Shown in pieces: positions 59,000 to 64,000 of a stretch of DNA of 64,000 nucleotides. The translations under genes were made by a program, and so were the position numbers. Source of the stretch: Candidatus Syntropharchaeum butanivorans (GTDB lineage: Archaea; Halobacteriota; Syntropharchaeia; Syntropharchaeales; Syntropharchaeaceae); contig LYOR01000001.1 of assembly GCA_001766825.1 (NCBI GenBank), positions 159,746-223,745 of the forward strand. Direction: 5' to 3'. The notes under the pieces were generated by a model. It was not told the origin of the DNA and did no database searches. It saw only the letters and a list, made by a program, of their open reading frames with translations. Positions within the stretch are counted from its first letter, which is position 1. Each line of letters starts with the position of its first letter.

Positions 59000-60314
59000 A
59001 CGTCTCTTCAGTGAGGACCTTCAAGTTAACCGGAATCTTGATGACGCTACCCAGCTTACCACCAAGGAGATACTCCACACCTTTATCAGCCGCAATATCG
59101 ATGATCCGTTGGGTGATCACGCCATCAAAGACCACCCCTCTTATATCTTCAGCATCTTTCAGTGCCTGCGCGAGTTCCCTGATAGAGACCTCCTTTATCA
59201 CCTCGTCATCCTTACCAATGAGCCTGGCACTCCTTGTTCCAAGCAGCTGGTTGAAATGTGTAAGCGGGGTCTTATCAGATATGACGAGCTTTGCACCCTC
59301 CTCCTCAGTGGGTGTCACATTCTCATCCTTCTTTGACGTGGGAGCAAGCGTCCTCCGCTTTACGATTACCTCCCGTCTTGAGGTTTTTCTCCCTGCTGAA
59401 TGGTGATGGCTTGCTCCATGATGGCTATTCACGTGGTTTCTACCCTCTGCCTTTCTATCTCGCATAATCTCCCACTGCTCTGCCGGTAGCTTATTTCTCA
59501 ACGCCTTCACGATCTCTTTGTATGTCAGCTCCTCAACGCCTTTGCCCTCCGGCGCTCTCGCGATGTAATCGATCTCTGCGACCTGCATCAGCTCCCTGAG
59601 TATCAGCTCTCCGCCCCTATCTCCGTCTGTAAATGCGGTGACGGTCTTTGTCTTGCTCAGTTCTCCGATGCTCGGGGGTATGTTTGTACCCTCAACCGCG
59701 ATCACGTTCTTTATCCCGTGCCTCAGGAGGTTCAGTACATCAGCTCTCCCTTCCACAACGATTATCGCATCAGAACTATCGATATGTGGCCCAGCTGGAA
59801 GCTTATCTGGCCCATACTGCGTTATCTCTTCTATTCTCACAGCCTGCTTTACCTCCTCTGTGATCTCCTGACTTTCAGGGCTGCCATGCTCGATCATAGC
59901 CTTCAGAAGCTCTTTTGCCCGTGCGATTATCTGCAGTCTCTTTGCTGCACGAACGTCCTCGATCCGATCGAGTGTTATCTTTGCATTACAGGGACCTACC
60001 CTATCAATCGTCTCAAGCGATGCTGCGAGTATCACAGTCTCGATCCGATCAAGGCTCGAGGGAATGACGATCTCTCCTATTGATTTTCCACCTTTCGACT
60101 CGATATTTACCTCAATCCTTCCGATTCTACCAGTCTTCTGGAGATCTCGTAAATCGAGCTCATCGCCGATGAGACCTTCGGTCTGACCAAAAATCGCACC
60201 AACTACATCAGGCCTTTCCACGATCCCATCTGCTATGATCTTCGCATATATATTATACTTCGTGGTATCACTACTGTTCTGCATCTCTTCTCCTCCAGTT
60301 TTTTGATTCATCAA
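58986..60314 (-). CDS. dnaG: archaeal DnaG primase / exosome-associated Toprim protein
   Basis: 442 aa. Contains IADGIVERPDVVGAIFGQTEGL, the Toprim block IIVVEGRADV and FTDGDRGGELI. Confidence 0.9.
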   Translation of the reverse strand: MMNQKTGGEEMQNSSDTTKYNIYAKIIADGIVERPDVVGAIFGQTEGLIGDELDLRDLQKTGRIGRIEVNIESKGGKSIGEIVIPSSLDRIETVILAASLETIDRVGPCNAKITLDRIEDVRAAKRLQIIARAKELLKAMIEHGSPESQEITEEVKQAVRIEEITQYGPDKLPAGPHIDSSDAIIVVEGRADVLNLLRHGIKNVIAVEGTNIPPSIGELSKTKTVTAFTDGDRGGELILRELMQVAEIDYIARAPEGKGVEELTYKEIVKALRNKLPAEQWEIMRDRKAEGRNHVNSHHGASHHHSAGRKTSRREVIVKRRTLAPTSKKDENVTPTEEEGAKLVISDKTPLTHFNQLLGTRSARLIGKDDEVIKEVSIRELAQALKDAEDIRGVVFDGVITQRIIDIAADKGVEYLLGGKLGSVIKIPVNLKVLTEETFKMM

Positions 60315-60653
60315 TACAAACCCCTTTTCAGCTTCAACATCTAAAAACAGTCAGATGTCTGCCTGTCAAACCGCAGAGACCCGCTCTTATCCTTTCCCTA
60401 CTGTCCCCATCTTACTTACCGATCGCTCAGGACCCACTTTATCTGATCGAACCCGATATGATGAGTACATGAGTGAATGATGAACTGTATCTGACTTATG
60501 ATCTTGAAGCTTGCATAACGTTTATCTCCCGTTACTTAAGAAGTTTACGGTTGAGCCGAGCACACCTAATCAAACATGATGGGGCGCTGCGGGAGTATTG
60601 AGATGACCTCAATCCCCCTCACTTTTATATCCAGATGCCGGAAGTAGAGTATT

Positions 60654-61394
60654 ATGGTGTATCTTCTCCTCTCACCTACCATATTTGAGGCAAAAGAGCT
60701 CTTGGCATGGATTAATATCCGGGATAGATGGACATTCAGGAGTTTTGAGGCTTTTTCCGGGGAGGTATGTGGCAAGGAGGTTGTACTTGCGATTTCAGGC
60801 GTTGGAAAGGTGAATACAGCACATGCACTCACGATACTGCTTGAGAGGTGCCCTGTAGAGCTTTTAGTCCTCTTTGGATGTGGCGGGGCTTACAGGGGGA
60901 GTGGCGGATCTATCGGGGATGTCATGATTGCAACAGAGGAGGTTTATGGTGATGAGGGTGTTTTAACAGAGGATGGATGGTTATCTATGGAGGAGATCCG
61001 GATCCCACTCCTTAAGAAGGGGGATAAAACCTGCTTCAACTCCTTCGATCTTGAAGGAAAGGTTCTTGAACAGGTTAGAAGAATTACTGAGGGGATTTCT
61101 GAGCCAAATATCTTTTATGGGAGGTTTTTGACAGTTTCAACCTGCTCTGGAAGCTTGAAAGCTGGGGATACGCTATATGACAGGTTTGGTGCTATATGCG
61201 AGAACATGGAGGGGGCAGCAGCGGCGCATGTTGCCCGGATCTATGATCTTGATATGATAGAGATCCGGGGTATCAGCAACCTCATCGAGGATCGAGTGTT
61301 TGAGAGGTGGGATATACAGAGGGCTGTTAAAAGCTGCAGCAAGGTCGTTATTGAGGTCCTTGGAGGATTGGGGGAGGGAAAGGAGGATGGATAA
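60654..61394 (+). CDS. mqnB: futalosine hydrolase-like nucleosidase (MqnB / PNP-UDP-1 family)
   Basis: 246 aa. Contains ISGVGKVNTA, FGCGGAY and ENMEGAAAAHVA. A role in the futalosine pathway is inferred from the family pattern only. Confidence 0.55.
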   Translation: MVYLLLSPTIFEAKELLAWINIRDRWTFRSFEAFSGEVCGKEVVLAISGVGKVNTAHALTILLERCPVELLVLFGCGGAYRGSGGSIGDVMIATEEVYGDEGVLTEDGWLSMEEIRIPLLKKGDKTCFNSFDLEGKVLEQVRRITEGISEPNIFYGRFLTVSTCSGSLKAGDTLYDRFGAICENMEGAAAAHVARIYDLDMIEIRGISNLIEDRVFERWDIQRAVKSCSKVVIEVLGGLGEGKEDG

Positions 61395-61475
61395 GAGGGT
61401 TTTGGCGCATGCAGTCCTTTGAAAGCTCCTCAACCAAATTCAGTTGTGAAGGATAAACCTCTGGCGTTTGAGCCA

Positions 61476-61928
61476 TCACAGCTCCACCATGAGCGCAACC
61501 TCATCGCAATCTGGAAACTTCGGGCACTTAACGCACCATCCCCAGACCTTCTGTGGCAGTCTTTCCTTGGCAACCTCACGGAATCCGTGCTGCTTGAAAA
61601 ACTCTGGAGTCAGTGTGAGGGTGAATACCCGCTCAAGTCCGAGATCCTTTGCCTCCTTCAGGGCGGCATCAAGCAGCTTCGAGCCCACCCCTTCCCCGGT
61701 CACGCCCTCCTTTACAGCAAGCGAACGGATCTCACCAAGGTCTTTCCAGATAATATGAAGTGCACAACAACCCAGTACCTCCTCTTCAGGGGTAACATAT
61801 ACAAAAAAGCTCCTCAGATTCTCATATATATCGCTCAAAGACCTTTGTAATATGATATTTTTCGCTGCATAAGCATCAATCAGCTCTTTTATCGCCGGAA
61901 CATCCCCCACCCTCGCTTTCCTGATCAT
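61476..61928 (-). CDS. GNAT N-acetyltransferase (short ArgA-like amino-acid acetyltransferase type)
   Basis: 150 aa. Contains EIRSLAVKEGVTGEGVGSKLL (acetyl-CoA motif A) and the C-terminal PQKVWGWCVKCPKFPDCDE. Confidence 0.75.
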   Translation of the reverse strand: MIRKARVGDVPAIKELIDAYAAKNIILQRSLSDIYENLRSFFVYVTPEEEVLGCCALHIIWKDLGEIRSLAVKEGVTGEGVGSKLLDAALKEAKDLGLERVFTLTLTPEFFKQHGFREVAKERLPQKVWGWCVKCPKFPDCDEVALMVEL

Positions 61929-61989
61929 GTGGAATTTTTAAATAAGAGAGTATTTAAAGATTCTCAAGGAGTATAGGATTGGAGCAGGC

Positions 61990-63171
61990 ATGTTATCCAT
62001 TGCAATCGCTGGAAAACCAAACGCAGGCAAATCTACATTCTTTAAGGCGGCAACCCTCGCAGATGTCCAGATCGCAAACTACCCATTCACAACGGTTGAT
62101 GCGAACAAAGGGGTGGGGTATGTAAGGGTCGACTGTCCATGCCTTGCGCTTGATGCCAGGTGTGGGATGTGCCATGAGGGTGTACGATACATACCTGTTG
62201 AGCTTATCGATGTCGCCGGCCTTGTACCAGATGCTCACAAGGGAAGAGGGCTTGGAAATGAGTTTCTGGATAATCTGAGGCAGGCTCAGGCCATCATTCA
62301 TATAGTGGATGCCTCTGGGGGAACAGATGAGGAGGGGAATCCTGTAGGAGTGGGGAACCATGATCCACTTGAAGATGTGAGGTTTCTTGAACGAGAGATC
62401 ACGATGTGGATCGCAGGAATACTCATTCGAAACTGGAGCAGACTCTCGAAGAAAGCCTCTGCAGAGAGAAAGGGCATCGAGGAGCTCATCCTGAACCAGC
62501 TTCGCGGCGTGGGGGTTGACGAGCTTGATGTCAAACGAGCCCTGCATAATGCAGGTGTTGATCGTGAGCATCCCGGTTCATGGGATGAGGATGATCTCAT
62601 AACACTCGCTGACTGGATACGCAAGGAGAGCAAACCGCTTCTTATTGTCGCAAACAAGATAGATATAGCCCCCAGAGATAACATAAGACGTCTCATGAAG
62701 CTTGATTACATTGTTGTGGCTGCAAGCGCGGAGGCAGAACTTGCATTGAGGATGGCATCAAAGAATGGGCTTATATCATACCTTCCTGGAGATAGTGACT
62801 TTTCGATAGTAGCAGATGGGCTCAAACCCCCTCAACTACGTGGGCTTGAGAAAATTAGAGAGCTTTTAAGGGAGTTTGGATCTACAGGGGTTCAGGAAGC
62901 GGTAAACCGTGCAGTCTTTGACCTTCTTGGATATATCACGGTCTTCCCGGTCGAGGATGAGAACAAGCTTACGGATTCAAATGGTAGGGTCCTGCCTGAT
63001 GCATACCTCATGAGACGAGGAAGCACCGCACACGATCTCGCATACATGGTTCACACCGATATTGGAAGGGGTTTTCTGTATGCAGTAGATGCCAGGAGCA
63101 AGATGAGGCTCTCTGAGCGGTATGAACTTGAGAATGGTGATATCATAAAGATCGTTGCTGTTAAAAGGTGA
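61990..63171 (+). CDS. ychF: YchF/OLA1-type P-loop GTPase/ATPase with a TGS domain
   Basis: 393 aa. Contains IAIAGKPNAGKSTFF, NYPFTT, DVAGLV and NKID. The C-terminal TGS-like motif is GDIIKIV. Confidence 0.85.
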   Translation: MLSIAIAGKPNAGKSTFFKAATLADVQIANYPFTTVDANKGVGYVRVDCPCLALDARCGMCHEGVRYIPVELIDVAGLVPDAHKGRGLGNEFLDNLRQAQAIIHIVDASGGTDEEGNPVGVGNHDPLEDVRFLEREITMWIAGILIRNWSRLSKKASAERKGIEELILNQLRGVGVDELDVKRALHNAGVDREHPGSWDEDDLITLADWIRKESKPLLIVANKIDIAPRDNIRRLMKLDYIVVAASAEAELALRMASKNGLISYLPGDSDFSIVADGLKPPQLRGLEKIRELLREFGSTGVQEAVNRAVFDLLGYITVFPVEDENKLTDSNGRVLPDAYLMRRGSTAHDLAYMVHTDIGRGFLYAVDARSKMRLSERYELENGDIIKIVAVKR

Positions 63172-63889
63172 TCGATTGGTTCATATCAGAGTCATCCTGC
63201 TTGAACCGATCTATGGTGGAAACATAGGTGCTGTTGCACGTGTGATGATGAATTTCGGGTTCAGAGATCTCGTTCTCGTGAACCCGCCTCCAATCGATGA
63301 TGAGGCGAGGGCTTTTGCATCGAATGCGATCGCCCTTCTTGAGTCTGCCAGAATCTGTGAGCGCCTTGAGGATGCAACCCTCGATTCAAATCTACTTGTC
63401 GGAACAACCTCAAAGGCAGGACTCACCGAGAACAGGCACGTGAGAATGCCGGTCTTCTCTCCAAAGGAGCTTAAAAGGAAGCTTGAAGGTAAAAAGGGGA
63501 TAGTATCACTTATATTTGGCAGGGAGAGCAGTGGTTTGAGGGTGGATGAGCTTTCAAGATGTGACCTCATCGCGGTGATACCTGCAAGCGCTGAGTACCC
63601 GGTGATGAACCTCTCCCATGCTGTCGCGATATTTCTCTATGAGCTCCAGGACCTGAGACCGGGTTCATATCCCCTTGCCGGACGTCTCGATCTCGATCTC
63701 CTGTATGAACATATCCATGAGTTTCTCCATAAGATACCTTATCCACCACATAAAAGGGAGAAGACGAGTCTGATGATAAGAAGAATCCTTGGGAGAGCTG
63801 AACTCACGGGCAGGGAAGTTCAAACGTTGAGAGGTATCCTGAAAAAAGCTGAGATTGCGATTGAGGGGGGAGAGAGATCAAAAGGATAA
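63155..63889 (+). CDS. SpoU/TrmH-family RNA 2'-O-methyltransferase (TrmJ-like)
   Basis: IRVILLEPIYGGNIGAVARVMMNFGF, LIFGRESSGL and NLSHAVAI. The start is uncertain: TTG at 63155 or at 63175, which lies after the ychF stop. Confidence 0.75.
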   Translation: MLLKGDRLVHIRVILLEPIYGGNIGAVARVMMNFGFRDLVLVNPPPIDDEARAFASNAIALLESARICERLEDATLDSNLLVGTTSKAGLTENRHVRMPVFSPKELKRKLEGKKGIVSLIFGRESSGLRVDELSRCDLIAVIPASAEYPVMNLSHAVAIFLYELQDLRPGSYPLAGRLDLDLLYEHIHEFLHKIPYPPHKREKTSLMIRRILGRAELTGREVQTLRGILKKAEIAIEGGERSKG

Positions 63890-63892
63890 GGA

Positions 63893-64000
63893 TGGTTGCA
63901 TACGACCTTGAAGGTGTGCTTGTGGATGATATAAGTATCTGGGTCAAGCTGAGCCGTGCATTCGGGACAGATGGGATTGACCCCGGGCTCAGGGAGGAGT
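63893..64000 (+). CDS. start of an ORF, possibly a HAD-superfamily hydrolase; runs off the right edge
   Basis: Own translation gives MVAYDLEGVLVDDISIWVKLSRAFGTDGIDPGLREE. The YDLEGVL at the N-terminus loosely resembles HAD motif I. It is too short to judge. Confidence 0.3.

Noticed and set aside
60458-60494. Possible box C/D sRNA in the dnaG-mqnB intergenic region (ATGATGA ... ATGATGA ... CTGA)
   Set aside because: The spacing does not fit archaeal C/D sRNAs. Only 7 nt separate the second UGAUGA from CUGA, where about 12 are expected. There is no clear D' box and no terminal stem. It would need a covariance-model scan to revive.

Overview
This is an archaeal chromosomal window, about 50% G+C in housekeeping stretches by hand count. 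It comes from an organism that encodes methyl-coenzyme M reductase accessory functions: AtwA/component A2 and probable methanogenesis markers 15 and 7. That points to a methanogen, methanotroph or alkanotroph of the Halobacteriota type. All calls rest on my own reading of the sequence and ORF track and on remembered family motifs; no searches were run.

Content, left to right:
- A co-directional minus-strand block: pdxT, taw1, coaBC, a 16S-tRNA-Ala(UGC)-23S rRNA operon with no linked 5S, then a cobD-like gene, nfi and atwA.
- A membrane-anchored cytochrome c with six CxxCH motifs, followed by a small Cys/His protein.
- Two uncharacterised genes downstream of proAB.
- A CheY-like receiver divergent from an RHH-KaiC-like ATPase.
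- aroC, gatD, a DUF3467 gene, a CbiA/CfbB-family gene and argC.
- An isolated fragment of the ribosomal-protein cluster (rnp1, S17, L14, L24, S4e, L5) that ends in decayed IS remnants.
- An 11-kb F420H2:quinone-oxidoreductase-like operon in the order J-K-M-x-L-N-A-BCD-H-I-F. It has a B-C-D triple fusion and a di-cluster extension on subunit I.
- Directly after it, an MvhD / FdhB-like / truncated FdhA-like module.
- A tightly packed fusA-cooC-DNA methyltransferase-tfs block.
- A junk/accessory zone: transposase fragments and a low-GC glycosyltransferase cassette bracketed by hairpin-rich inverted repeats.
- Housekeeping genes: a COG1900 homocysteine-synthesis gene, ilvBN, leuS, an AMMECR1 gene, dnaG, mqnB, ychF and a trmJ-like gene.

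No CRISPR array, 5S rRNA or intact mobile element was seen.

The most interesting candidates are:
- the MvhD/FdhB/degenerate-FdhA module appended to the Fqo operon;
- the NrfH-like six-heme cytochrome;
- the hairpin-bracketed cassette;
- the two-gene unknown operon.
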